Shown here: piece after piece, positions 48,555-58,147 of the stretch | Layout of the letters: every line of letters starts with the position of its first letter | Position numbering within the stretch: position 1 is the stretch's first letter | Source of the DNA: an uncultured bacterium | GTDB taxonomy: Bacteria; CAYUVA01 | Direction of reading: 5' to 3' | NCBI GenBank assembly: GCA_964448115.1 | Contig: CAYUVA010000027.1 | Coordinates: forward strand, 1 to 60,211 | Length of the DNA stretch: 60,211 nucleotides | Program-made: the position numbers and the translations under genes | The notes under the pieces: model-generated | The model's database searches: none | Seen by the model: the letters and a program-made list of their open reading frames with translations, nothing else | What the model was told of the DNA's origin: nothing

Positions 48555-48597
48555 GCTTATGGCTTGAGGCTAAGGCTGTTCACTTCGTGTAAGAAAT

Positions 48598-48679
48598 ACT
48601 GGATGCCCGCCTTCGCGGGCATGACAAGAAGGGCGGCGCTGCCCATAGTTCTGTCATTCCCGCGCGGGCGGGAATCCAG
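48598..48679. repeat. REP/BIME-like inverted doublet, copy 2
   Basis: ACTGGATGCCCGCCTTCGCGGGCATGACAA ... TGTCATTCCCGCGCGGGCGGGAATCCAG; the 30-nt left arm is identical to 16961..16990. Confidence 0.85.
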
Positions 48680-48988
48680 AAGTTTTTATCAAAGATACCT
48701 TAAGTGGAAGGGTATTAGGCTTGAGACATGAGGAAGTGATCGAGGAGAGGAAAGACTCTCATTCTACCCCTCTCCGATAGGTGAATGTATCAATATTGAG
48801 ACAAACTATGTCTCATTTATTTAACTGGTTCAGCGCTGATCCAGTTGATTCTATCCATAACAAAAAGCCTCAAGCCTTTTTAATCCATTTGTTTTAACCT
48901 GGTTTATGCGATAATATGTACCTTTAATGGATGGTCTAAATACAGGCTGGTGAACGACATTATGAATACCCTATACGGAGATTGAAAA

Positions 48989-51868
48989 GTGGGTAAACAA
49001 AGGACAAGGCTTATTATTACTTTAGTTTTACTATCAATTATCAGCTTTATGCTTGTAGCGTATGCTGGATTCGATGATGAGAGGCTCGAAATATTCGAGC
49101 GGGTAAAGTCGGAGGTCTTGAGGAATGATCCTGGATACCGCGATGTCTTCATCAGCAAGGCTGCGCTGCCTGGGGGCGCAATAATCGAGGATTGGCGGGG
49201 AGTAGTCATCAAGCTCACCTCGGAAAGCTGGGTAATCTTTATTGATGATCTTCCTGGCGCCAACTGGGAGCACCCCTGCCGATATGTGATAATCGAGCGA
49301 TCCAGCGGACAGATGCGAGTGATCCGCCATACCAGACCGCCGGAGATGCTCGACAGAATGGAGCTTATTTACAAGTCTCCGCCGATGCCACCGGTTATCC
49401 GCAAGCCAGCGAAAAGCGAGCCGTCCAAGCATCGCCTGCGCCCCAAGTCAAATCCGAATAGCCTTTGGGCGGTGATCATAAGCGGCGGAGCATCATCAAG
49501 CTCCAACTACACGCGCTACTGGAACGACTGCTCCGAGATATACAAGACGCTGGTCGAGGTTTACGGGTATCTCGACGATCATATATATGTGCTCATCGCT
49601 GACGGCACCGATCCAGCTCCGGATCGAAGCAACGGCACCAGCTCTCCGCTCGACCTGGACGGTGACGGGGATGATGACATACAGTACCCTGCCAAGTTCA
49701 ACTCGATCCAGATGGTCTTCAACGAGCTTGCCAGCAGGGTGGGCGCGCAAGACCTGGTGTTTATTTACACGACAGATCACGGTGGCTCGCAGGGCGGCTG
49801 GGATGTTACCCTGAACCTCTGGGGAGAGGAGATGGAGGATCAGCAACTGACCCCACTGGTGGATAATTTGCCGGCTAGGGACATCATCGTCTGCATGGAG
49901 CAGTGCTTTTCCGGCGGTTTCATCGATGACTTGACCGGCGAGAGGCGTGATATACAGACCGCTGCACACTACAGCGAGTCCTCATGGGCTTGCGACACCG
50001 AGGGGGACTATGATGAGTTCGTATATCACTTCACCGCAGCGGTTCGCTGGCAGACGCCGAACGGGACGCCGGTCGATGCTGATACCAACAACGATGGGGT
50101 GGTCTCCATGCTCGAAGCATTCGAGTACGCACAGGAACACGACAGCAGGAACGAGCAGCCGCAGCATGATTTTCACCCAGAAGATTACGCTGAGAAGGTC
50201 TCTTTATTCGGCTCCGGACCCGGTCCCGCAGGCGAGTTCACCATGGATCGCTCACGATTCAACTGCGATGACAATGTAACTGTCCTGCTCGGAGACAGCG
50301 ATCTCGAGGGCAGCGGCTCCTGCGAGGTAACAGTGGTCAGCGACTCTGATCCCACCGGCGAGACGGTCACCCTTTACGAGGTCGATCCCCCATCTGGCGA
50401 GTTTAGTGGATTATTCCGCACTACTATATATACACCTGGAACAGGTGAAGTCCAGGTTGCGCCGGGGGATACTTGCACCCTCATCTACATCGATGCCGAT
50501 GATGGCGAGGGGCACACAAATGTCGAGGTTACCTTCCAGGGCACCATCGACTGCACAGCCCCTAACATAAGCAGCATCAATATAAGTGAAATAGGCGCTG
50601 AGACAGCCTCGATCTCATGGTTCACCGATGAGCCGAGCATGGGGATGATCGATTACGGCAAGACCGCAGAGCTTGGCAACACGGTATCCGAGGGCAAGAT
50701 CGGCTCGGCGCACACCATACTACTGGAGAGCTTGGAGCCGAATACGTTGTATTTCTTCGATATTATCGCCGATGACGAGGCTGGCAATCGAACGGTCGAT
50801 GACAATTCGGGGGCGCACTATACGCTGGTTACCTGGCGGAGGTTGTGGGCATTCACCGACAACTTCGAGTTCAACTTCGGCTGGACATCGACAGGGGACG
50901 GACAATGGGAACGAGCGCTGCCGGCTGGCATGGGCGGAGGCTTCATGGGCAAGCCGGATCCTGCCTCGGATCATACCAGCGGCAGCGGAAAGGTCTGGGG
51001 AACCGATGTAACCCAGGACGGGGACTACAACGCTGGCTCCAATGCGATCCTGGTATCGCCATTCATCAACTGCGTTCAGTGCACCGATACGGTGCTCGGC
51101 TTCTGGGAGTGGCTCAACATCGATGGCGATATGACCAACGGAGACCATGTTTACCTCGATGTAAGCAACAACGGCATCCAGTGGAATACTATATGGGATA
51201 GCGCTAGCGGCTCCGCATCGAGTTGGTCGCAAAAGGAATACGATATCTCCAGCATCGCGGATGGATACGCCAATGTAAAGGTTCGCTTCAGGCTGATCTC
51301 CAATGCGATCTTCGAGGATAGCGGCTGGAACATAGATGACCTGACGGTTAAGTGCATCGCTCCGCCGCAGGTAAGCCCAACGGCGACGCCTACCGAGACG
51401 CCCACTCCAACCAGGACTCCGACCCCGACAAGGACTCCTACCGCCACGGCGACCAGGACTCAACCCCCGACCAATACAGCCACCCCCACCGATACGCCAT
51501 CCATAACTTGCACGGCGATATATTCCTACACGCCGACCCGCACCCCCACTGCGACACAGGCTAGCACTGTAAGTGCTATCGCACTCGGTGGATACTGGGA
51601 TACCAGGTTGCTGGCGGGAAGGCAAGGGACGATGAGGCTCATCGGCTATTATCTCGGCGACCAGCCCCCTGCTGCGCTTGACCTTTGTTACGCAGGAACG
51701 CCATTGGGCATATACCTCAAGGATGACGGGCTTTCCGGGGACATGGGAGCAAGCGATGGTTTATATGGCTTGAGTTTAGGATTACTGCCGGCTGAGAGCC
51801 TTAATATATGCCTGGAGCTTTATTTTGATGGCAGTGCTGGCTTGTGGCCTTATCTGAATGTAGAATAG
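48989..51868 (+). CDS. Secreted clan CD (C13/legumain-like) peptidase with FN3-like and jelly-roll domains, Pro/Thr linker and shared C-terminal domain
   Basis: Signal peptide; [17 protein letters not shown] (His), MEQCFSGGF (Cys); FN3-like ISWFTDEP...[19 protein letters not shown] linker; terminal [12 protein letters not shown]...WPYLNVE. Confidence 0.82.
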   Translation: MGKQRTRLIITLVLLSIISFMLVAYAGFDDERLEIFERVKSEVLRNDPGYRDVFISKAALPGGAIIEDWRGVVIKLTSESWVIFIDDLPGANWEHPCRYVIIERSSGQMRVIRHTRPPEMLDRMELIYKSPPMPPVIRKPAKSEPSKHRLRPKSNPNSLWAVIISGGASSSSNYTRYWNDCSEIYKTLVEVYGYLDDHIYVLIADGTDPAPDRSNGTSSPLDLDGDGDDDIQYPAKFNSIQMVFNELASRVGAQDLVFIYTTDHGGSQGGWDVTLNLWGEEMEDQQLTPLVDNLPARDIIVCMEQCFSGGFIDDLTGERRDIQTAAHYSESSWACDTEGDYDEFVYHFTAAVRWQTPNGTPVDADTNNDGVVSMLEAFEYAQEHDSRNEQPQHDFHPEDYAEKVSLFGSGPGPAGEFTMDRSRFNCDDNVTVLLGDSDLEGSGSCEVTVVSDSDPTGETVTLYEVDPPSGEFSGLFRTTIYTPGTGEVQVAPGDTCTLIYIDADDGEGHTNVEVTFQGTIDCTAPNISSINISEIGAETASISWFTDEPSMGMIDYGKTAELGNTVSEGKIGSAHTILLESLEPNTLYFFDIIADDEAGNRTVDDNSGAHYTLVTWRRLWAFTDNFEFNFGWTSTGDGQWERALPAGMGGGFMGKPDPASDHTSGSGKVWGTDVTQDGDYNAGSNAILVSPFINCVQCTDTVLGFWEWLNIDGDMTNGDHVYLDVSNNGIQWNTIWDSASGSASSWSQKEYDISSIADGYANVKVRFRLISNAIFEDSGWNIDDLTVKCIAPPQVSPTATPTETPTPTRTPTPTRTPTATATRTQPPTNTATPTDTPSITCTAIYSYTPTRTPTATQASTVSAIALGGYWDTRLLAGRQGTMRLIGYYLGDQPPAALDLCYAGTPLGIYLKDDGLSGDMGASDGLYGLSLGLLPAESLNICLELYFDGSAGLWPYLNVE

Positions 51869-51906
51869 TATTGACAATTAATAGTAGGTAGAACTAATAA
51901 ACAGTA

Positions 51907-52425
51907 GTGGTCTTTGTGTTTAGCATGGGCAAAATGAAGCTAAGAATAACCATTGCGGTTATCGCCGTCATGCTTTTTGTTGTTGTACCTACCCTTTTTA
52001 CCCTGAAGGTGAAAGGCTTCGAGGCTAAGACCGTCGATTTTCTAATCGATCTTTGCATAAGACAGGCGAGATTTTACTTACAGACCAACCCATCTGAGTA
52101 TGGCTCGCTTAGCGATCTTTACCCGCCGGGATTTCCGATTGAGGGGCTTAAGATAAACTATTCCGAGAACACGATAATCTACTCAGGATATCGAATCAAG
52201 CTGACGGTAAAAGATGCCCCGGGTAAATATTCGGCATCGACCTACACAGTGATAGCAACTCCTATTATGTATAACCGCTCGGGGCATCACAGCTTCTATC
52301 TTGATCAAAGCGGTATCATAAGGGTATCGAGCGGTAAAGATTCGCCGGCAGATGAAACCTCCCCGGCATATAAGTCGATTCCAATAGAGGAAATGATGAA
52401 AAATAAATCTTACGAGGGAAGTTGA
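51907..52425 (+). CDS. Type IV pilin-like protein without a class III signal peptide
   Basis: Hydrophobic helix ending VVPTL, then amphipathic helix (EAKTVDFL...QARF...YGSLSDL) and YSGY...YTVIATP...SGHHSFYLDQSGIIR as in pilin globular domains. Start uncertain (51907/51925/51934). Confidence 0.55.
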   Translation: MVFVFSMGKMKLRITIAVIAVMLFVVVPTLFTLKVKGFEAKTVDFLIDLCIRQARFYLQTNPSEYGSLSDLYPPGFPIEGLKINYSENTIIYSGYRIKLTVKDAPGKYSASTYTVIATPIMYNRSGHHSFYLDQSGIIRVSSGKDSPADETSPAYKSIPIEEMMKNKSYEGS

Positions 52426-52426
52426 T

Positions 52427-53926
52427 ATGTCCCAGGAAAAGATAGAACTCGACAGGATCTATGGGCAGCTTCTCAGGAAGAATTACTTTGAGATCCTAGG
52501 TGTTACTCCGCAATCGACCAAGAAAGAGATAATCGTTGCAGCAGACAAGATGTCCAAAAGGTTCTCGCATTCGAACTTTGCAGACGATATCTCCGAGGCT
52601 ACTATGTTGAAGCTCAATGTTATAAACAGCCTGATCAGAAAGGCGACCAAAACCCTCACCAATCCAGAGCTTCGAGAGGGATACATTGAACGGTTGCAGA
52701 TCGATAGCCAAAGCGGTGAATCCCCGCCAGCTAGCAGGGAGATGAAGTATATTGATCCGACCAGATCGATGGTCTTTTATCAGGATAGAATCAAGCAAAT
52801 ACAACAAGAGGAGGGAGAAAAGGATTCCGCTGACTCTAAAAAGGACGACTCCACCGAGAAGGAAGCCGCAGACCTCCTGGACAGGATAAGCACCATGAAG
52901 ATCGATGCCTATGGGGATGATGATCAGGTTGAGAGCGAAAAGATGGCTAGCTCCCAGGAGCATGATGATCTGAATGGAATAATAAATGACTTTGAGGAAA
53001 GCCTTGATAAGGATGATGAATCCCCCAAAGATAGCGATGTCAAGTCGAGTATTAAGGACGATGAGCTAGATGCTAAGCTAGACCAGGCTGCCCAGACCGC
53101 CAGCTTCTTTATGGAGGATCTGATCGATGAAGACCAGCTTATCGAGCGACTAGCACAAACTCCACCCCCAGGAATGAAGCATAAGAAGAAGGATAAACAG
53201 CCCGATGAAGCTTCGGGAAAACATGTATCTGATGGCTTAAAGAAGGTTAAAGATACTGCCGGAAAACTGGAGGAGTTCCTTAGAATGAGCCTCTCGCCAG
53301 AGCAATACGCGCTCTATCAGAAGAAGAAAAAGGAGAGACAGCAAGAAAGCTCACCGCAGCTAGAGGGGGTCAGGGAGTCGATGAGCGGTGAGATTTATAT
53401 GGATATGGAGAATGATAGTATCGATACCGTGCGTCAAGCCTGCGAAGCCTCCGAGTGCATGGCTGAGGTACTCCAGGAGGTGATTAAAAAACAAACTTCA
53501 GAACAGGTTAAGCCTGATGATAGTGTGGAAGATGAGAATGTACCCTCAGAGCAAAAGACATACAACACAGAACATATCCAAAGACTCTATGATGCCTCAG
53601 CCTCCATGGCAGTGCTTCTCAAGGATGCGATACAAGAACATGATGCGCAGGAACAAAGGAAAAAACAAAGAGAAATGGGGCGCGAGGGATACAACGATGA
53701 GGCGAAAACTGCCGGTCATATCAAACCCTCATCCGCCTCGCAGGTAGTAAAAAAGCTGGAGAAGGCGCTCAAAGGGGATATCTCGACCAGGGGGCAAGGC
53801 AAAACCAGGGAAAGCCTGGGGATAGGTTTCTTCGGATTTTTGGCTATCATCATCGGTGCCATACTTTTTTTCTATTTTCTGTATAGTAAATACATCGATC
53901 TGTTCATCAGGTTGACCTACGATTGA
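52427..53926 (+). CDS. Degenerate J-domain protein with acidic region and C-terminal TM anchor
   Basis: NYFEILGV...EI...KRFSHS (HPD absent)...KATKTLTNPELREGY; long D/E-rich region; terminal TM. Confidence 0.65.
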   Translation: MSQEKIELDRIYGQLLRKNYFEILGVTPQSTKKEIIVAADKMSKRFSHSNFADDISEATMLKLNVINSLIRKATKTLTNPELREGYIERLQIDSQSGESPPASREMKYIDPTRSMVFYQDRIKQIQQEEGEKDSADSKKDDSTEKEAADLLDRISTMKIDAYGDDDQVESEKMASSQEHDDLNGIINDFEESLDKDDESPKDSDVKSSIKDDELDAKLDQAAQTASFFMEDLIDEDQLIERLAQTPPPGMKHKKKDKQPDEASGKHVSDGLKKVKDTAGKLEEFLRMSLSPEQYALYQKKKKERQQESSPQLEGVRESMSGEIYMDMENDSIDTVRQACEASECMAEVLQEVIKKQTSEQVKPDDSVEDENVPSEQKTYNTEHIQRLYDASASMAVLLKDAIQEHDAQEQRKKQREMGREGYNDEAKTAGHIKPSSASQVVKKLEKALKGDISTRGQGKTRESLGIGFFGFLAIIIGAILFFYFLYSKYIDLFIRLTYD

Positions 53927-53954
53927 TTATAACAATCAAGGAGGGAAGAACGAC

Positions 53955-54887
53955 ATGAACCCAATGAGATTTTTATGCTTGATGCTTGTGGCTGTGGTGA
54001 TTATATCAAGCTTGTCCATCCAAGCATCGGCTGATGACAAGGAGATCCATCTACTATGTACCACGCTGCCGATTTATATCTTCGCAGCCAATGTCATCGG
54101 GGATATCCCTAACTTCACTTTGGAACTCCTTCTAGATCCGCAAAGCGGGGACATACATGATTATTATCTCAGTGCATCTGATATGACAAAACTCACCCAG
54201 GCTGATCTTGTATTCATGAACGGCTTGACTCTGGAGTTGCCTTATGAACCTACCTTGCGGAAAACGGTTCCTGAAGAGAAGCTGGTCGATACCTCGCGGG
54301 GCATCGAGCCGATTCGGGCATCCCATAAACACACATCTGGGAATGATCACATACAAACTGCGCTTAATCCCCACTGCTGGTTAAGCCCCTTGAAGGCTAT
54401 CACTCAAGTACAAAATATTACCAAAAAGCTTTGCCATGATTACCCGCAGTTCAAGGCGCAGCTAAGCCGCAACTCGCAGGCTTATCAGCAGGAGCTGCTC
54501 AAGTTGCATCAATCCTACAAGAAGGTGGCAGATGCTGCGCCTAATAGGAAGATCATAGCCCAACACAACTCTATCGACTATCTGGCAAGGGATACCAATC
54601 TCGAGCTCATAAGCTCTTTGCAGTTCGATGAGAGCGATATCCCCTCCCCAAGGGAACTTGATGCCTTCATTAAGCTGGCAAAGGAGAAAAAACCTGCGGT
54701 GATGCTGATAGATCCCTATATAAGTGGCGACTATGCGGAATTGGTAAAAAAACAGACCGGCATCCCAGTGGTTATCTTCGACCCAGTAGCAGTTGGAAAA
54801 CCTGAAAAAAACTACTATACAAAGGTTATGTACAAGAACCTGGAAGCCTTGAAAACTGCTCTGGGCGTCGCTGATGTCATCGAATGA
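53955..54887 (+). CDS. Zn/Mn ABC transporter substrate-binding protein (ZnuA/TroA family)
   Basis: DIHDY, NGLTLE, His-containing loop, NPHCWLSP, QHNS. Confidence 0.9.
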   Translation: MNPMRFLCLMLVAVVIISSLSIQASADDKEIHLLCTTLPIYIFAANVIGDIPNFTLELLLDPQSGDIHDYYLSASDMTKLTQADLVFMNGLTLELPYEPTLRKTVPEEKLVDTSRGIEPIRASHKHTSGNDHIQTALNPHCWLSPLKAITQVQNITKKLCHDYPQFKAQLSRNSQAYQQELLKLHQSYKKVADAAPNRKIIAQHNSIDYLARDTNLELISSLQFDESDIPSPRELDAFIKLAKEKKPAVMLIDPYISGDYAELVKKQTGIPVVIFDPVAVGKPEKNYYTKVMYKNLEALKTALGVADVIE

Positions 54888-55650
54888 TCATACAGGGATC
54901 AAGGTCGAGAATCTCTCGGTCAAGCTCGGCAATGTGAGCATCCTTGAGGATGTGAACATTCAGTTCGAGTGCTCGAAGATTACGGCAGTCATCGGTCCCA
55001 ATGGAGCTGGCAAAACCACGCTGCTTCACGCCATCCTCGGCTTGGTGCCGTACAGCGGCAAGGTATTCCTTTGCCCCCAGACCGAGTTTGAAAAGCAAGG
55101 AAAGCCGGTGATAGGGTATCTGCCCCAGAACCTTCAGTTCGATCGCAACCTGCCGGTAACCGTGCTTGATTTCTTGTGTTCTCAGTTCCAGCGCAGACCG
55201 TTATGGCTTGGCTATACGAGAAGTATTCGCCAGGCTGTGCGCCGCTACCTCGAGGATCTCAATGTCTGGCAACTAAAGGATAGACTATTGGGCAAGCTCT
55301 CCGGCGGCGAGCTGCAGAGAGTCCTCCTCGCCTCATCTTTGGTGAGAAATCCGCATATTGTGCTCATGGACGAGCCTGGCAGTGGCATAGACATGGCTGG
55401 AGAGGAGATCTTCCATGACCTGCTGATCCGCAAGCAGAAAAAGAACAAGTTCACACTGGTTATCGTCAGCCACGAGCTTTCAGTGGTCTCCCGGTATGCC
55501 GATTATGTTGTTTGTTTGAACAAAACGGTCAAATGCCACGGCAAGGCTATCGAGGTGCTCACCGGCGAGACCCTCCAGGAGCTTTACGGTCATCCGGTTA
55601 GCATATACAAGCATAACCTGTGCGATGTTAATCATGGCGAGGGCAAGTGA
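54874..55650 (+). CDS. Zn/Mn ABC transporter ATP-binding protein
   Basis: GPNGAGKT, GYLPQ, LSGGELQRV, MDEP, VSH. Confidence 0.92.
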   Translation: MSSNDHTGIKVENLSVKLGNVSILEDVNIQFECSKITAVIGPNGAGKTTLLHAILGLVPYSGKVFLCPQTEFEKQGKPVIGYLPQNLQFDRNLPVTVLDFLCSQFQRRPLWLGYTRSIRQAVRRYLEDLNVWQLKDRLLGKLSGGELQRVLLASSLVRNPHIVLMDEPGSGIDMAGEEIFHDLLIRKQKKNKFTLVIVSHELSVVSRYADYVVCLNKTVKCHGKAIEVLTGETLQELYGHPVSIYKHNLCDVNHGEGK

Positions 55651-55653
55651 GCC

Positions 55654-56493
55654 ATGCAAGCGCTTTATGATCTCATGGATACCATGCTTCCATTTACCTG
55701 GATGCAGCCTGATTTCATGAAGAACGCGCTGCTGGCCGTGCTGCTAATTACCCCGACCTGCGCCATGATGGGAGTCAAGGTGGTGAACTTCCGCATGGCT
55801 TTCTTCACCGATGCCGTAAGCCATTCGGCCTTCACTGGAGTTGCACTGGGAGTATTATTTCATGTGGATCCAGTGATCACCCTGATCATCTTCGGGTTTT
55901 TAATAGGCTTGGCAATAATCCATGTAAAACGCCGTTCCCAGCTTAACATAGATACCATCATCGGAGTGTTCATGGCATTTTGTGTATCGCTGGGCATAGC
56001 AATAATCTCGGCGCGCAGGGGTTTGAACAAGAGCCTACATAGTTTTTTATACGGCGAGATCATCACAATAAACGAGACCGAGCTTCTTTTTATGCTGTTG
56101 CTTCTGATCACAGTGCTTATTTACATGGTCATCGCCTTTAATCGTCTGCTTTTACTGGGATTGAACGAGCCGTTAGCCAGGGCGCAGGGGGTCAAGGCTG
56201 CATTATTCGACTACTCCCAGGCGTTGCTCTTGGCTTTGGTCGTCTCCATAGGCATAAGGTCTATTGGGATCCTTTTGATAACCGCCATGCTCATCGTGCC
56301 GGCAGCAGCGGGAAGAAACCTTGCCAGAAGCGCCTCCGGGATGTTCTGGAACTCGATTATCATAGCCCTGGCATCGGGGATCGCGGGGCTGATTTTATCG
56401 TTTTATCTTGATACAGCGGTAGGAGCCACTATTATCCTGGTCGGATCGGCATTTTTTTTCATCACTCACCTGATAAACCTCCTGCGTGGATAA
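55654..56493 (+). CDS. Zn/Mn ABC transporter permease (ABC-3)
   Basis: MAFFTDAVSHSAFTGVALG, FLYG, IGILLITAMLIVPAA. Confidence 0.92.
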   Translation: MQALYDLMDTMLPFTWMQPDFMKNALLAVLLITPTCAMMGVKVVNFRMAFFTDAVSHSAFTGVALGVLFHVDPVITLIIFGFLIGLAIIHVKRRSQLNIDTIIGVFMAFCVSLGIAIISARRGLNKSLHSFLYGEIITINETELLFMLLLLITVLIYMVIAFNRLLLLGLNEPLARAQGVKAALFDYSQALLLALVVSIGIRSIGILLITAMLIVPAAAGRNLARSASGMFWNSIIIALASGIAGLILSFYLDTAVGATIILVGSAFFFITHLINLLRG

Positions 56494-56643
56494 GGCACTC
56501 CACGCCTTCGGCATGTAGAAGCAATATAGATGATTTAGAGGAATACCGTGATACCATAAACCGTCTTATTTTTCAATGTCTTAAGTTATCTTCCACTAAA
56601 TCATCTAAGGAGCGGGGGGTGAGGATCCTATCTCCATTATTAC

Positions 56644-56766
56644 GGTGTCACAGTACCACCTTATCACTTTATCACTTCTCACTCTATCACTTCTCTCTTT
56701 GTGTCTTTGCGTGATACTCTTTTTCCTCGCGCCTCAATCCTCAATCCTCATCCCTCAATCCTCATC
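56644..56766. repeat. Heptamer-based intergenic repeats (TATCAC and CCTCAAT families)
   Basis: GGTGTCACAGTACCACCTTATCACTTTATCACTT... followed by CCTCAAT-like tandem units; lies between convergent genes. Confidence 0.7.
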
Positions 56767-58147
56767 GCTTCATCGTGTAATCAATGAAACGTTTTGCCAG
56801 TTGCAGCAGGTGCTCGAACGACCTCACCTGCCTTAGCATGTCAATAAAGACCTTGTGGCGGAAGTAGAACCTGAAGTATGCCTTGCGTTGAAGCTGCTTT
56901 AATCGCTTTGAGCTAATACGGCGCGGTGTGTATGAGATCTTCGAGTAAAACAGCTTGCTATAGTCTATCTTTTCGATAATTCCCGCTTTTTTCAGTTCCT
57001 CGGTCGCCTCGGCGCCGGGGAGGGGTAGAAAATTGGAAAAGTGGGCACTCTTTAGGGGCAATTTCCTTGCAAACTCGATTGTCTCATGGATGTCCTGCTC
57101 GCTCTCGCTTGGATAGCCGATGATGAAGAATCCAGCGGTTCTAATGCCGAAACTGTCTATGAGTTTTACCTTCTCCTTGATTAGTTCCACGGTTAAGCGC
57201 TTTTTCATCTGATCGAGTATCCTCTGCGAGCCGCTCTCAATGCCCAGGATCATCGAATAGCAGCCTGCTTTTTTAAGCACGGATAGAAGCTCTTCATCCA
57301 GGGTATTCAGACGAACGCCGTTAGGGAATGTAATGGCAAGATCGTAGCCGGCATCGATGATTCCTTGGCAGATCCTTATTGCTCTCTCCCGCAGGGTAGT
57401 GAATGTGTCATCTACGATGTGCAGCTCCCGGATACCGTAGTCCTTGACCAGCATAGCGATCTCCTCGAGGACATGTTCGGCACTGTGCGCTCTTATCTTC
57501 TTACCCATCAGCGTCCTTCCCGCGCAGAAGGTGCACGGATAGGGACAACCTCGCGTGGTTGAGATGGGGGCAATGGGCGACTTCAGATAGAAAACCCCTT
57601 GCGGTATGCGAGGATAACTGCGGGGATCTATCAGGTCCCAGCGCGGAAAGCCCAGGCTATCTAGGTTGGGTTGGAAGTTAACCGGATTGTATCTGGTCTC
57701 ATCACCTTCTTTATATATAAGTCCGGGGATGTCATCCCGCCTTTTATCACCCTTTTCCAGTCGTTTTGCCAACAATGAAAGACCTGCTTCTCCCTCGCCG
57801 GCAATAGCGTAATCAGCCAAAGGCATGATGGTTAGCGTATCCTCGGGGGCACCGCTTGGATGAGCGCCACCTAGTATGGTTACTATCTTTGGATCGTATG
57901 TCTTTATTGCCCTAAGATACTCATTGACACAAGGTATATCGCAGGAGAAGACCTGGATGCCAACCAGGTGGGGTTTATATGCCTTTACATGCTCCAGCAG
58001 CCTGGCTGCATCGGCGCGCAGCTTCAAGCCATCGTAGATAGACACCTCGTGATCCCTTTCGCTAACAGCGGTTGCAATGTATCCCAAGCCGATTGGGGGA
58101 ACTCGGTAGTGTGTATCGCTATTGGGTACTACTAGAAGTATCCTCAT
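56762..58147 (-). CDS. B12-binding radical SAM protein, second copy
   Basis: PPIGLGYIA, ILGGAHP, GEGE, TRGCPYPCTFC, GIESGS, FFIIGYP. Confidence 0.92.
   Translation of the reverse strand: MRILLVVPNSDTHYRVPPIGLGYIATAVSERDHEVSIYDGLKLRADAARLLEHVKAYKPHLVGIQVFSCDIPCVNEYLRAIKTYDPKIVTILGGAHPSGAPEDTLTIMPLADYAIAGEGEAGLSLLAKRLEKGDKRRDDIPGLIYKEGDETRYNPVNFQPNLDSLGFPRWDLIDPRSYPRIPQGVFYLKSPIAPISTTRGCPYPCTFCAGRTLMGKKIRAHSAEHVLEEIAMLVKDYGIRELHIVDDTFTTLRERAIRICQGIIDAGYDLAITFPNGVRLNTLDEELLSVLKKAGCYSMILGIESGSQRILDQMKKRLTVELIKEKVKLIDSFGIRTAGFFIIGYPSESEQDIHETIEFARKLPLKSAHFSNFLPLPGAEATEELKKAGIIEKIDYSKLFYSKISYTPRRISSKRLKQLQRKAYFRFYFRHKVFIDMLRQVRSFEHLLQLAKRFIDYTMKR

Noticed and set aside
16961-48627. CRISPR repeat (identical 30-mers)
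   Set aside because: Only two copies 31.6 kb apart, each part of an inverted doublet; no spacer array or cas genes.
50720-51625. 301-aa minus-strand ORF
   Set aside because: Antisense to the GC-rich, repetitive part of the secreted protease; no independent motifs.
56645-56836. 63-aa + strand ORF
   Set aside because: Translation of heptamer repeats (LITLSLLTLS, SSILIPQSS).
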